From: an uncultured cyanobacterium
Lineage (GTDB): Bacteria; Cyanobacteriota; Cyanobacteriia; Phormidesmidales; Phormidesmidaceae
Direction of reading: 5' to 3'
DNA length: 64,000 nt
Assembly: GCA_963793265.1 (NCBI GenBank)
Contig: CAWBZI010000002.1
Span: 544,001 to 608,000 of the forward strand
Shown here: piece by piece, positions 8,332-18,332 of the stretch
Layout: the number at the start of each line of letters is the position of its first letter
How positions within the stretch are numbered: position 1 is the first letter of the stretch
Translations under genes and position numbers: made by a program
Notes under the pieces: model-generated
Database searches by the model: none
Told to the model about the DNA's origin: nothing
What the model saw: only the letters and a program-made list of their open reading frames with translations

Positions 8332-11300
8332 TCAGCAAGAGATTGCAATATGAGAGCCGCTGGCATCCTTACTTACGTCTATCCGCGTTTGAAAGGCTTC
8401 GCGGAAATGGGGCATGTGGGTGATAGTGAGAATGCAGGCAAAGTCAGGCGCGATCGCCTCAATCGCAGCAATCAATCGATCGCACCCTTCCTTATCTTGC
8501 GTACCAAACCCCTCATCAACAACCAGCATTTGCAACGCGGTACCTGAGCGCATGGCTAATAGACGCGCGATCGCTAATCGAATCGAAAAGTTCACCCGAA
8601 AAGCCTCACCCCCTGAATAAGTCTCATAAGGCCGAGTGCCGTGAGCATCTGCAATCAAAATATCTAAAGTATCAATCATCTTGTGCTTCTGCTTTCCCGC
8701 CCGCTGCGTCACGAACTGCACATGAAGCTGATGATCGCTGAGTCGGCCTAAGATTTGATTGGTTTCGGCCTCTAGCTGAGGCAGCAGATTTTCGATCATC
8801 AAAGCCTGAATACCACTGCGGCCATAGGCTTCGGCTAAAGACTTGTATACCTTATATTTATGACGAATGTCAGCCAAGCTAGTTTGCTGCTGTTCGTGTT
8901 GGGCCTGGATTGTTTCTAGCTGTAAAAGCTGTTGTTGCAGCCTACCGAGCTGTGAAAGCTGGTGATCGCGCTCCGCCTGAAAATTCGCCAGCGCTGTCTC
9001 TACAGCCTTAATTTCTACCGTAGAGTCGGCATTATCCTCAAGCTGCCGTTCGAGTACAGCAATCTGTTGCTCTATCGCGCTAAGGGTTGCTGTTCGTTGC
9101 TCACAAAGCGCATCTAGATGCTTTACCCTTTGTTTCTCTTCGGCATACTGGTTTTGCGCCTGCTGTAGCATATGATATTTCGCTTCCCACACGCGAGAGC
9201 GCTTAAGCTGGGCTCTAATTTGGTTGTGCTGCGCCAGGCTGTAATCTATCTCTTGTAGTTTGCAGTCAATAGCATTAAGAGCCTGCTGAGTAGGGCTCTT
9301 TTCTTGCGAAGCGATCGCCTTTTGCTGCGCCTTCAAATCGGCCTCTAGCTGAGGTCGTTGTAGCTCAATTTGATTTAACCGATGTTCAGCCTGCTTAATT
9401 TCCGCATACTTAAGTTCGCTCCAACGTAATCTATCGACCTGCGATCGCAACAAAGCATGATTCCGATCGTCATAGGCCATCGCTAATAGCTCGTCCTTTA
9501 CCCGCCGCAACTCATCCTGCAAACTCTCAGCATAGTCATTCTCCTGCAAGCAGCGCTCTAGCTGCGATCGCTCAGCCGTCGTTTCTTGCAGCCTATCTTG
9601 CAGCGTGTCTGCTGAAGCCAGCTTTGCTTTCAGCTTCCCGCGTTCTTCAAGCACAGGCGCATACTTCGACAGCTCCTTTTCTAACACGCGATATTCCTGC
9701 CGCAGCACCTGAATCTCGCTCTCGCTAACGGCAAGCTGCTCGCGAATGGCCCAAATTTGGTTTTGTACCTCATCGCGTTCTTGTAGGGTGCGATCGCGCA
9801 AAGCCTGCCAGTGATTGCCTGACAAACCCTGTTCACACAAAGGGCATTGTGCAATATCTGGATCTTCCAACCGTTTTAGAGTCTGATCGAACTGAGCTAG
9901 CGACACCTCATGATTGAGCTGATTGGCCTGCAACCGTTCCATAAAGCTACGCCGCTCAAGCCCCTTTTGCCGTAGCGCCTCCTGATATTCTCGCCGCTGC
10001 TCCAAATAAGCAATTCGATGAGAAACTTCAACGGCTGCTTGCATGAGCTGAGGAGCCTGCGTTTGCTGCGTCGCCATCTGCGCCTGCTGAGTTCCTAACG
10101 CTTCTATTCGAGTGACTAACCTGGTGTGAGCCTGATCGATTTGCCCTTCAATTTGCTGTAGGCGCTGTCGCAGCGGCGAGCTTTGCGCCTCCATTTTGTC
10201 GAGCTGATGCAGCTCTTTGCGGGCCTGTCGTAGCTGCGCTAGCTTACGGCTGATCTCTTCTTTATGTGAAAGCGTGGCCGCGATCTCTTGTTCTTGCGAT
10301 CGCAGTTGTGCAATCTGCCTTTCTATCTGGGCAATCGTTTGCTGCTGTTGCTGCTGCTCTTGCGAAAGCTGAAGCTGGAGCTGAAGTCGCTGCCCTTGAG
10401 CCTCTTGATAGGCGTGAAAACGCTCAGCCTGCTGTTCTTCAGTTTGTCTAAGCTGCGCTATTTGCTCATAATGGCGCTGAATTTCTGTCGCCTGAGCAAG
10501 AACTTTCTCGGTTTGCTGAAGCTGCTGCGTAGCGGCAATCAGTTCTTCTTGCGTGAGCGCCAAAGTTTGCTGCTGTTGCTGGGCCTGCTGCTGAGCTGAA
10601 TTGAGCTGTTGCTGCCACTGAAGCCGCTGCTGCTGCCTTTGCTTTAGCCCGTCGAGCTGCTGCTGTTGTTGCTGTTGCTGTTGCCGCTGTTCGGCTAAAG
10701 TCTGCTGTAGTACTTCGTAGGCTTGCTGGGTTGCTGCCTGCGTTTCGACCTGGGCCGACAGCCGTGAGATTAAAGACTCTAAAGGTTGAAGCTGAGCTTT
10801 ATAGCTGCGGGCCTGGTCTTTGGCCTGTTCGGCTAGTGAATCGTATCGGTCGAGCTTGAGCAAGTCAGCGAGCACCTGCTTGCGATCGCTAGGCCGCTTC
10901 AGCATAAACTCATCGGCTCTCCCCTGACGCAGGTAAGCCGAGTTTACAAACGTGTCGTAGTCAATTTTGAGCTGGGCTAGAATGTACTGCTGCGTAGCCC
11001 GCACACCCTTTTGCGAAATGCTCTTAAAAGTCGCGTCAGGCGCTTCAACCTGAAACTCCAGGGCGCTCATTTGGCTACGGCGGCGCGTACGAATAATTCG
11101 ATATGTTTGGCCGCTGTGCTCAAAGCAAAAGCTCACCTGGGCCTCCTTAGCCCCCTGACGAACAATGTCATCTTCAGCGCTAACGCGGCTTTGGCCCCAC
11201 ACGCACCAGGCGATCGCCTCTAGCAAAGACGACTTGCCCGCACCATTAGGCCCACACACGCAGGCCACATGCAGCCCATTAAAATCCAACGTTACCGCCT

Positions 11301-11343
11301 GGTAACTCAAGAAGTTTTTGAGGATGAGCAGCTTTGGAATCAT
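8332..11343 (-). CDS. sbcC: Exonuclease SbcC (Rad50-like)
   Basis: Walker A GPNGAGKSS, Zn hook CPLC, coiled coil, YSGGE, Walker B LVVDEGFGTQD. Confidence 0.95.
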   Translation of the reverse strand: MIPKLLILKNFLSYQAVTLDFNGLHVACVCGPNGAGKSSLLEAIAWCVWGQSRVSAEDDIVRQGAKEAQVSFCFEHSGQTYRIIRTRRRSQMSALEFQVEAPDATFKSISQKGVRATQQYILAQLKIDYDTFVNSAYLRQGRADEFMLKRPSDRKQVLADLLKLDRYDSLAEQAKDQARSYKAQLQPLESLISRLSAQVETQAATQQAYEVLQQTLAEQRQQQQQQQQQLDGLKQRQQQRLQWQQQLNSAQQQAQQQQQTLALTQEELIAATQQLQQTEKVLAQATEIQRHYEQIAQLRQTEEQQAERFHAYQEAQGQRLQLQLQLSQEQQQQQQTIAQIERQIAQLRSQEQEIAATLSHKEEISRKLAQLRQARKELHQLDKMEAQSSPLRQRLQQIEGQIDQAHTRLVTRIEALGTQQAQMATQQTQAPQLMQAAVEVSHRIAYLEQRREYQEALRQKGLERRSFMERLQANQLNHEVSLAQFDQTLKRLEDPDIAQCPLCEQGLSGNHWQALRDRTLQERDEVQNQIWAIREQLAVSESEIQVLRQEYRVLEKELSKYAPVLEERGKLKAKLASADTLQDRLQETTAERSQLERCLQENDYAESLQDELRRVKDELLAMAYDDRNHALLRSQVDRLRWSELKYAEIKQAEHRLNQIELQRPQLEADLKAQQKAIASQEKSPTQQALNAIDCKLQEIDYSLAQHNQIRAQLKRSRVWEAKYHMLQQAQNQYAEEKQRVKHLDALCEQRTATLSAIEQQIAVLERQLEDNADSTVEIKAVETALANFQAERDHQLSQLGRLQQQLLQLETIQAQHEQQQTSLADIRHKYKVYKSLAEAYGRSGIQALMIENLLPQLEAETNQILGRLSDHQLHVQFVTQRAGKQKHKMIDTLDILIADAHGTRPYETYSGGEAFRVNFSIRLAIARLLAMRSGTALQMLVVDEGFGTQDKEGCDRLIAAIEAIAPDFACILTITHMPHFREAFQTRIDVSKDASGSHIAISC

Positions 11344-11430
11344 CAGCGAACTTATTAACGAATCATCAGCGACCTTTTGCTACCAACTATTTGATAGCTT
11401 CTGAGGCTTACCTTTAATTATATTCGCTTC

Positions 11431-11444
11431 AGTACAAATGATCT
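11431..11444. promoter_or_regulatory. Putative cyanobacterial LexA box upstream of sbcC
   Basis: AGTACAAATGATCT; one mismatch to RGTACNNNDGTWCB, about 90 bp before the sbcC start. Confidence 0.5.
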
Positions 11445-11477
11445 GCTCAAACTAAATTACCTGCTGATCAAACTGAA

Positions 11478-11702
11478 TTACCCGATCTGGCAGGTGCTCT
11501 GCCCATGAATGCTCACCATAAAAGGCACACCATAAGTCAACACTGCCGAAAGCCAGCGCTGCGTGTCCATTTCACCAGCCATTAAAGCGCTGCCGTGGTT
11601 AATGATAAAAAGGAGGGTACCCACCACCAAGGCCACTCGAATAGAGAGGTTTCGGCAATGCCGATTGGCGATCGTTAGCCGAATTCGTCTGAGCTGCTGC
11701 AT
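11478..11702 (-). CDS. nrtS: NrtS-like small membrane protein
   Basis: ALVVGTLLFIINHG...TYGVPFMVSIHG pattern with two TM helices. Confidence 0.7.
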   Translation of the reverse strand: MQQLRRIRLTIANRHCRNLSIRVALVVGTLLFIINHGSALMAGEMDTQRWLSAVLTYGVPFMVSIHGQSTCQIG

Positions 11703-11735
11703 AGTGGCTAAAAAATCTCTCGAATAATCTAGTTC

Positions 11736-12362
11736 TTAGTAGTAAATCAGCGCTATTTCTAAGGTTTTATTACGACCCACTACCAGTACAGCCGCTTCGC
11801 TAAATCGAGGTGCTCTGGTTTGAATCTCAGGGTTTCGAGAGAAACCAAACCCTTCTGCCGGAACGCCAAAAGCGCCCGTGTTGATCGTACTATCTTCGTT
11901 TTCGTCATGAATAATAGAGACTGCGTAGTTGCCAGTCGCTAAGCCTTCAAATGTAACGGTAGGGTCTGCCTCAACATCTGTCTCAACGGAGGCTTCACTA
12001 TCGCCTGCTGCCGTACTTACCGCATCTTCAGTTGTCATAGCGTCACTGTCTACAAACTCGCTGGCCTTAACACACTGTTCTTCAACAATGGCTTCCTCGT
12101 TGCGTGGGAAACCCTGGCTGCTATTGAATAGGCTAAAGCAAACCTGGCCCTCGGCATTTCTCAGTCCGGTGACGCTAACGGTGATGCTGCCGTTATTTGG
12201 AATGCGGATAGGGGCGGGCTGTGCGATGGATGGGGCGGCGATCGCACCCAGGAAACAGGCACCGTACAAACAAGCGCGATTAAAAATATTCTGCATATGA
12301 AAAAATTTCAGGATGAACAATCGTAGCCATAAAAAAACAGAGCACAGGGCTCCGCTTTTCAT
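11736..12362 (-). CDS. DUF2141 family secreted protein
   Basis: GLRNAEGQVCFSLF, GNYAVSIIHDEN, GVPAEGFGFSRNP; start uncertain. Confidence 0.85.
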   Translation of the reverse strand: MKSGALCSVFLWLRLFILKFFHMQNIFNRACLYGACFLGAIAAPSIAQPAPIRIPNNGSITVSVTGLRNAEGQVCFSLFNSSQGFPRNEEAIVEEQCVKASEFVDSDAMTTEDAVSTAAGDSEASVETDVEADPTVTFEGLATGNYAVSIIHDENEDSTINTGAFGVPAEGFGFSRNPEIQTRAPRFSEAAVLVVGRNKTLEIALIYY

Positions 12363-12436
12363 CGGTTAGGAACGTGCGTTTAAACAACAGTCGCTTGAAC
12401 CGTATCCGCCGTATTTTTCGCATTTGCCGTATCTGC

Positions 12437-12465
12437 GTAGGGGCATAGCATTGCTATGCCCCTAC
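12437..12465. repeat. GTAG-type REP-like palindrome
   Basis: GTAGGGGCATAGCA-T-TGCTATGCCCCTAC, perfect 14-bp inverted repeat. Confidence 0.8.
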
Positions 12466-12478
12466 AGTCCCTACAGCC

Positions 12479-12655
12479 CTACTCGTCGTCGTCCTCATCG
12501 TCATCCGAAGGATATTCGAAGCTATTGGACTGATTGGTCAGTACAGATTTACCGAGGGAAAGGGCGCGCTGAGCTTGGATAGCTGCTTTGCGATTCCAGG
12601 TAGCTCTGCGACTGTTGCGCTTAGATTTTGATGTTTTCTTCTTAGGAACCGCCAT
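12479..12655 (-). CDS. rpmF: 50S ribosomal protein L32
   Basis: [23 protein letters not shown] at 12655. Confidence 0.97.
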   Translation of the reverse strand: MAVPKKKTSKSKRNSRRATWNRKAAIQAQRALSLGKSVLTNQSNSFEYPSDDDEDDDE

Positions 12656-12853
12656 GAGCTGTGCGTAGTCGTGAAATAACCTTGCAAGTTTAATACATTT
12701 TTGCAGATGATGGAAGAGGGCACCCAACAATCTGTATCGGCAGTATAAAGACATTCATCTCTAGAGCCGGAGTATGTAGTATCTTTGGACAACATTAAGA
12801 CTTTTCTATACAGACCTGGAAACTGATCGCAGACCAAGTTCAAAGGTAGGGGT

Positions 12854-14476
12854 GTGAGCAAAGACAGGGTATGTAGCAAGCGCAGGCCAGCCGTGAGGCC
12901 GGGCGCTGATAGGATTTACTTCAGGATTGAAAGCCTGTGGGAGTGGTTGCAACGTCAGCCTAAGTCCAGGCTGATAGGATGGATTATTCTGGTTTGTCTT
13001 GTAAGCGGCACCGCTTTAGAGCTGTTAGCCAATTACTACCGACCGACTTTGCAGATTCAGCCCTGGGATTCGGCAGCAGGATTGTACGTGCTGATTTTGT
13101 TTGGATTGGGCTTACGCTATGTCCCGGTTCTGTTTTTAATCGCACTAGCCAAAAACTTACTGTGGTCTTTCAGCGGAGAAAACGCGCTGCTAAGCGGACT
13201 AGCAGCGGGGCTCTATTTGTGTGCGGGCTACTATGGCGCGTCTTTTTTACTGCTGTACCGAATTAGGATCGATCCGGGATTACGGCAGCTACGAGACGTG
13301 CTTTGGTTTGCAGGTGTATTTGCAATCATATCTTTGGCAATGTCTAGCTTATATACCACCACTCTTATTCTGATGAACCAGATGCTTTGGTCAGAATGGT
13401 TGATAAGCACCTTACGCGACTGGGCTGGAGAAATCACTGGAATTATGGCGCTCGCCCCACCGATATTGATTTTAATGCGATCGCTACCCTGGTCAAATCA
13501 GCGTCTAACGCTGCAAGCACCCGCGCCGACGATTGCCATTGCCCTGCCCAACACAAAAGCAGCGCTAGAGTGGCTTTTATTAATCGCAGCGACAGTTGTG
13601 TTTACCTGGCTAGCTTTTGGGGGGCTCCAGACGAAGACGTTGGAGTACTCCTACCTGGCATTTGTTCCTTTGATTTGGATGGCCGCTCGACACGGATTTG
13701 AAAAGACAACGGTCATCACACTTCTGATCAACACTTTTGCCATTGTGTTTGTCGAAATCAACTCAGGTAAAGGCACCCTGGCGCTGCAATTTGGACTGAT
13801 GACAATGACCTTTACCGGATTACTGCTAGGCGCTTACGTCAAAGACCGCAAAGTCGAGATTGCCCGAAGACAAGTGCTAGAAGAAAATCTTTCTTATAAA
13901 GCAACTCACGACGATCTGACTGGGCTGTACAGCCGGGCCTGGCTGCGGCAGAAACTCTCAGAAGTGATCGCTCATGCCCAATCCGACAAAACCCACTTGT
14001 TCGCCCTGCTCTTTCTCGATCTCGATCGATTTAAAGAGATCAACGATAGCTGGGGCCATTTAATGGGCGATCGCCTGCTCGTCGCCGTTAGCGAAAAAAT
14101 CATTAGAAGTGTCCCGGCTGAAGCAGCCGTTGCCCGTTTTGGGGGAGATGAGTTTGCTGTGGTGCTCAGTCGCTTAACGAGCTTTGATGAGGCGGCCTAC
14201 ATAGCGCAGCAGCTTTGCAAAACCCTCGCTTCGACCTATTCACTCAAACCGTACGAAGCATTTGTCACGGTGAGTATTGGCATTACTACCAGCGTGCTTC
14301 CCTACGAAAGACCGGAAGAAGTGCTGCGCGATGCTGATATTGCGCTCTACAAAGCCAAGCGCAATGGCCGTAATCAGGCCGTTGTTTTTAGCCGTCAAAT
14401 GTACGAGAGAGTGCTACTGCGATCACAGTTAGAAAACGACCTGCGGCAGGCCATTCGGGAACTAGAAGATGATTGA
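12854..14476 (+). CDS. Membrane (MASE1-like) sensor diguanylate cyclase
   Basis: Multi-TM N-terminus; HDDLTGL, DLDRFKEINDSWGHLMGD, RFGGDEF. Confidence 0.9.
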   Translation: MSKDRVCSKRRPAVRPGADRIYFRIESLWEWLQRQPKSRLIGWIILVCLVSGTALELLANYYRPTLQIQPWDSAAGLYVLILFGLGLRYVPVLFLIALAKNLLWSFSGENALLSGLAAGLYLCAGYYGASFLLLYRIRIDPGLRQLRDVLWFAGVFAIISLAMSSLYTTTLILMNQMLWSEWLISTLRDWAGEITGIMALAPPILILMRSLPWSNQRLTLQAPAPTIAIALPNTKAALEWLLLIAATVVFTWLAFGGLQTKTLEYSYLAFVPLIWMAARHGFEKTTVITLLINTFAIVFVEINSGKGTLALQFGLMTMTFTGLLLGAYVKDRKVEIARRQVLEENLSYKATHDDLTGLYSRAWLRQKLSEVIAHAQSDKTHLFALLFLDLDRFKEINDSWGHLMGDRLLVAVSEKIIRSVPAEAAVARFGGDEFAVVLSRLTSFDEAAYIAQQLCKTLASTYSLKPYEAFVTVSIGITTSVLPYERPEEVLRDADIALYKAKRNGRNQAVVFSRQMYERVLLRSQLENDLRQAIRELEDD

Positions 14477-15206
14477 AAACCAGCTTCTAGTAGAGTATCA
14501 GCCGCATGTTTGTCTCAAAAGTGGAAAAATCAGCGGATTCGAGGCGCTGGTTCGGTGGCATCATCCGCACAAAGGCAGAATTGGGCCAAATGACTTCATT
14601 CCAATTGCCGAAGATACGGGACTAATTTTGCCGCTTGGTTACTGGGTGCTCAAAACAGCTTGCTATCAGGCAAAGGTTTGGCAAGGCAAGTATCCTACCC
14701 TAGTGATGTCGGTCAATCTTTCAGGCAAACAGCTCTTTCAGCCCAATGTCGCTGAGCGGGTCGCTCAAATTTTAGAGCAGACTGGTCTTTCGCCCCAAAC
14801 CTTAAGACTAGAAATTACCGAAAGCGTTTTAATGCAGAATTTTGCAGAAGCCGCTCAAAAGTTGAAGCAGCTCAGCGCAACGGGCGTTCAGCTAGCGATT
14901 GATGACTTTGGTACTGGCTATTCTTCATTAGGGCGGCTGCGCAACTTTAGCGCAGATATCTTGAAAATTGACCGGGTTTTTATCCGCGATATGCACTCAG
15001 CTAAAGAAGGCACGGAGATTGTGCAGGCCATCATTGCCCTTGGTCACGGGCTACACATGAGAATCAATGCTGAGGGCATTGAAAACGAATGTCAGCTCGC
15101 GAACCTGCGGAAGATTGGCTGTGACGAAGGGCAAGGTTTTTTGTTTGCCGCTTCGCTAAAGCCCAAGGTCGCTGCTGCCCTGCTAGCCGAAAACCGCCAG
15201 TGGTAA
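14469..15206 (+). CDS. EAL domain c-di-GMP phosphodiesterase
   Basis: FEALVRW, LEITES, DDFGTGYSS, EGIE, QGF; 8-bp overlap with the upstream gene. Confidence 0.88.
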   Translation: MIENQLLVEYQPHVCLKSGKISGFEALVRWHHPHKGRIGPNDFIPIAEDTGLILPLGYWVLKTACYQAKVWQGKYPTLVMSVNLSGKQLFQPNVAERVAQILEQTGLSPQTLRLEITESVLMQNFAEAAQKLKQLSATGVQLAIDDFGTGYSSLGRLRNFSADILKIDRVFIRDMHSAKEGTEIVQAIIALGHGLHMRINAEGIENECQLANLRKIGCDEGQGFLFAASLKPKVAAALLAENRQW

Positions 15207-15223
15207 GCGGGCAATAATAGCGC

Positions 15224-16237
15224 CTAAAAGTGTTGAAAGCTTCGATGAGAAATTGAAATACTTTTGATGCTGTGCTCGCCTGAAAACAGCTCTACAGTGC
15301 TTGCATTAGTCGTCGTGCCAATGGCAGTGACAAGCCCAGTTCGCACAAATTCCTGAGCTAAATCAGGCGGCAGGCAAAGCACAAGCTCGAAGTCTTCACC
15401 GCCATAAAGCGCCCACTTCAAGGCCGTCTCAGCGCCAACAGCTTTACTGAGCCCAAGGGGTAAGGGAATTTGGTTTTGCATAATATTCATGCCTACCTCG
15501 CTGCTTTTACTCAGTTGCAAAAGTGCGTTTGCTAGGCCGTCACTGCTATCCATGCCAGCGATCGCACCCCATCCTCCCCCCAGCTCACGCAGCCGATTCA
15601 CTACATCAAACCGAGGCACCGGCAACTGATGCGCCCTGATCCAATTCTGAGCATAAGCCCCCGAATCGATCTCGTCTAGTAACACTGCCAGCCCCGCCCG
15701 CGAAGCACCATGCGGCCCCGTGACTAAAACCGTCATCTCCGCACTTGCCGCATCCCGCCGAATAGCCTGCTGCGGAATTACCTCACCCAGCGCCGTAATC
15801 GAGATAGTCTGCTGCTCGGCTCGGCAAAGATCGCCGCCGAAGATTGCACCACCGTGAGCGCTTAGGCATTCTGAAATACCTTTATAGAGATCTTCTACCC
15901 AGACCCAGGGGGTCTGCGGCGGTAGCCCCAAAGCTACAGTGATGCCAATGGGGTCTGCGCCCATAGCAGCAAGATCGGATAGGTTTGCGGCGGCGGCTCG
16001 CCAGCCTACGGCGTATGGAGGAGTGGTGCGATCGCTAAAGTGCACATTCTCACTCAGCATATCGGTCGTCACCACCAGACTATGCCCTTCTCGAACCCGC
16101 ATCAGCGCCGCATCGTCGCCAATAGCACCCTCCGCACAAAAAGCCTTGACTCGTTCAATCAAGGCCAGTTCACCGATCTCAGCAATCGTCTGCGTTGGGT
16201 TCAAGCTATGGCTCCGATTGAAAGCTGAATGATTCAT
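15224..16237 (-). CDS. thiL: Thiamine-monophosphate kinase
   Basis: IGDDAA, NLSDLAAMGA, GGD, MDSSDGL, GGEDFELV. Confidence 0.95.
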   Translation of the reverse strand: MNHSAFNRSHSLNPTQTIAEIGELALIERVKAFCAEGAIGDDAALMRVREGHSLVVTTDMLSENVHFSDRTTPPYAVGWRAAAANLSDLAAMGADPIGITVALGLPPQTPWVWVEDLYKGISECLSAHGGAIFGGDLCRAEQQTISITALGEVIPQQAIRRDAASAEMTVLVTGPHGASRAGLAVLLDEIDSGAYAQNWIRAHQLPVPRFDVVNRLRELGGGWGAIAGMDSSDGLANALLQLSKSSEVGMNIMQNQIPLPLGLSKAVGAETALKWALYGGEDFELVLCLPPDLAQEFVRTGLVTAIGTTTNASTVELFSGEHSIKSISISHRSFQHF

Positions 16238-16255
16238 CTATCTTCATTCACTCTC

Positions 16256-16345
16256 GAAGCCCTCACCCCAGCCCTCTCCCGAATGGAGAGGGAGCTAGAT
16301 CAAAGTCCTTCTCCCCTCGGGAGAAGGATTTAGGATGAGGGCTTC
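16256..16345. repeat. Nested-hairpin intergenic repeat element
   Basis: Outer GAAGCCCTCA/TGAGGGCTTC enclosing CCCTCTCC/GGAGAGGG and TCCTTCTCCC/GGGAGAAGGA. Confidence 0.8.
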
Positions 16346-16385
16346 AGAGTTCTCAGGGTAAACAGAACTACCCAATCCCTGATAC

Positions 16386-17468
16386 CTAGCTAGGCTCTAC
16401 AAGGTTTTCCGCCCCATCAATCACCTTAGCCGAGATAATTTTGTCACCCGCGCTTAGCTTTCTAAGCACGTCCTTACCCTCAATCGTGTAGCCAAACACC
16501 GCATAGCGACCGTCCAGCATATTGCGGCCCGCAGGCGTTAGCTCTGCTTCAAACAAGAAGAAAAAGAACTGAGACGATCCGCCGTTGTTGTCATCGCCAG
16601 GACGCGCCAGCGCCAAGCTACCAAATGAGTTGAAAGGCAGAACAGGCTCATCCATATAGCGACCAATTTCTTCAAGCGTGACGCCATAAGTTGGCGCATC
16701 GTCACCTTTTACTAAAATCTCCATCGGAATCGCCCGATATTCTTTAGTTTTAGGATCGATATAGCCTTCGTCTGCCCCTTCAGGATCGCCCGTTTGCAGC
16801 ACGTAAAAGTCTTCAGCTCTGATAAAAGGCAGGCCATCATAAAACTTTTTATTTACCAAATCAACGAAATTACCCGCTGTCACTGGCGCGCTATACCCAT
16901 CAGCAATCACCGTAATATCGCCCTGCGTAGTGGTGAACTGCACAGTCGCGCGGCCTTTGAGCTGAGGCAAACTGTCATATTCTTCAGGCACTTCAAACGG
17001 GTAGCCATCTACCATCAGCTCTTCTAGCTCACCGACTTGATCAAGCAGATTTTTCCGCTCAACCCAAACGCCCTCTTTATCTTTAGCTTCAGCCGCTTCG
17101 CGCAAAGGCTCAGTGCCCGCAATCAGGCTGTCGATTAGAGCATTTGCCTGATCTTGGCGATCGGCAGGGACAGAGGCCAAAATAGCCGACCGTTTTTTAT
17201 TTAAGATGCGCTCTACTTTCGTGACATCTTTTTTAATCGGCCCCCAGCGCTTACTGCGCAGCCATTCCGACAAACCCTCTATATCGCCCTGCACTTTGCG
17301 AATCTCTTTGTTGTCAATCGGGAGCGAATAGCGGAGGAGCGCTGCGCCATCGGTGACGGCGTTACCGGGGGGAAGTCCGGCATGAGCGGGTGAGGCAAGG
17401 CTCAAAACGCACGACGCAGATAAAAACAGTCCCAACACGAGGGATAACAGAGGCTTTCGCAAATTCAT
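16386..17468 (-). CDS. Cyclophilin-type PPIase (CYP38/TLP40-like)
   Basis: Signal peptide, LPPGNAVTDGAALLRYSLP, DGYSAPVTAGNFVDLV, SSQFFFFL. Confidence 0.92.
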   Translation of the reverse strand: MNLRKPLLSLVLGLFLSASCVLSLASPAHAGLPPGNAVTDGAALLRYSLPIDNKEIRKVQGDIEGLSEWLRSKRWGPIKKDVTKVERILNKKRSAILASVPADRQDQANALIDSLIAGTEPLREAAEAKDKEGVWVERKNLLDQVGELEELMVDGYPFEVPEEYDSLPQLKGRATVQFTTTQGDITVIADGYSAPVTAGNFVDLVNKKFYDGLPFIRAEDFYVLQTGDPEGADEGYIDPKTKEYRAIPMEILVKGDDAPTYGVTLEEIGRYMDEPVLPFNSFGSLALARPGDDNNGGSSQFFFFLFEAELTPAGRNMLDGRYAVFGYTIEGKDVLRKLSAGDKIISAKVIDGAENLVEPS

Positions 17469-17695
17469 GGATCGATTTTGGTGGCTGTATTGTAGCGGTC
17501 ACTTTCGATCTTGCCACAGTGCGTGCAACTCAGCGCCTTGATGACGTTATCTATTCACCGCTTGAACGAGCGTTTCGATGACAAATCAAGGCTTTCGCCG
17601 TAACTTAGCTACAACTTAAATAGGCTAAATGCCCTGTGAAATGTCTCCGGGCGGTACAATAATGGCCGATTGCCTAGCACACATTAGCTATCACC

Positions 17696-18259
17696 ATGAT
17701 TTCAAGCAATGATTTTCGCACCGGTACCAGCATTGAGTTAGACGGCTCTGTGTGGCGCGTGATTGAGTTTTTGCACGTAAAACCCGGTAAAGGCTCTGCG
17801 TTTGTTCGCACTAAGCTCAAAAATGTACAAACGGGTAGCACGGTAGACAAAACCTTCAGAGCAGGGGAGACGATGCCCCAGGCTGTGCTTGAAAAAACCA
17901 CTATGCAGCATACCTATAAAGAAGCTGACCAGTATGTCTTTATGGATATGGAAACCTATGAGGAGGCGCGCTTGAGCGAAGAGCAAATTGGCGATCGCGT
18001 GAAATACCTCAAAGAGGAAATGGAAGTCACGGTGCTGATGTGGAACGACAAGGTGCTAGAGGTCGAGCTGCCTAACTCTGTGTCATTAGAAGTTACGCAG
18101 ACCGATCCGGGTGTTAAAGGCGATACGGCGACAGGTGGCACTAAGCCCGCAATTGTTGAAACGGGCGCGCAGGTGATGGTGCCGTTGTTTATTTCACAGG
18201 GCGAGAAAATAAAAATTGATACGCGGAACGATACTTACCTCGGTCGTGAGACGAGCTAA
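17696..18259 (+). CDS. efp: Elongation factor P
   Basis: [32 protein letters not shown]. Confidence 0.98.
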   Translation: MISSNDFRTGTSIELDGSVWRVIEFLHVKPGKGSAFVRTKLKNVQTGSTVDKTFRAGETMPQAVLEKTTMQHTYKEADQYVFMDMETYEEARLSEEQIGDRVKYLKEEMEVTVLMWNDKVLEVELPNSVSLEVTQTDPGVKGDTATGGTKPAIVETGAQVMVPLFISQGEKIKIDTRNDTYLGRETS

Positions 18260-18332
18260 GCCCTTTAAATACCAGAGCCTTTGAATACAGGGCTAGAGAC
18301 TGCGTGCATTAAGATATGGAGCTTTATAATAA

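Noticed and set aside
10560..10700. CAG/CAA poly-Gln tracts in sbcC
   Set aside because: In frame, mixed codons, and within an ordinary Gln-rich coiled coil.
12479..12510. Acidic tail of L32
   Set aside because: Acidic C-termini are common in cyanobacterial L32.
16238..16385. TPP riboswitch upstream of thiL
   Set aside because: No TPP aptamer motifs; the region is a palindromic repeat.
17599..17614. Possible NtcA site GTAACTTAGCTAC
   Set aside because: The spacer is 7 nt rather than the canonical 8.
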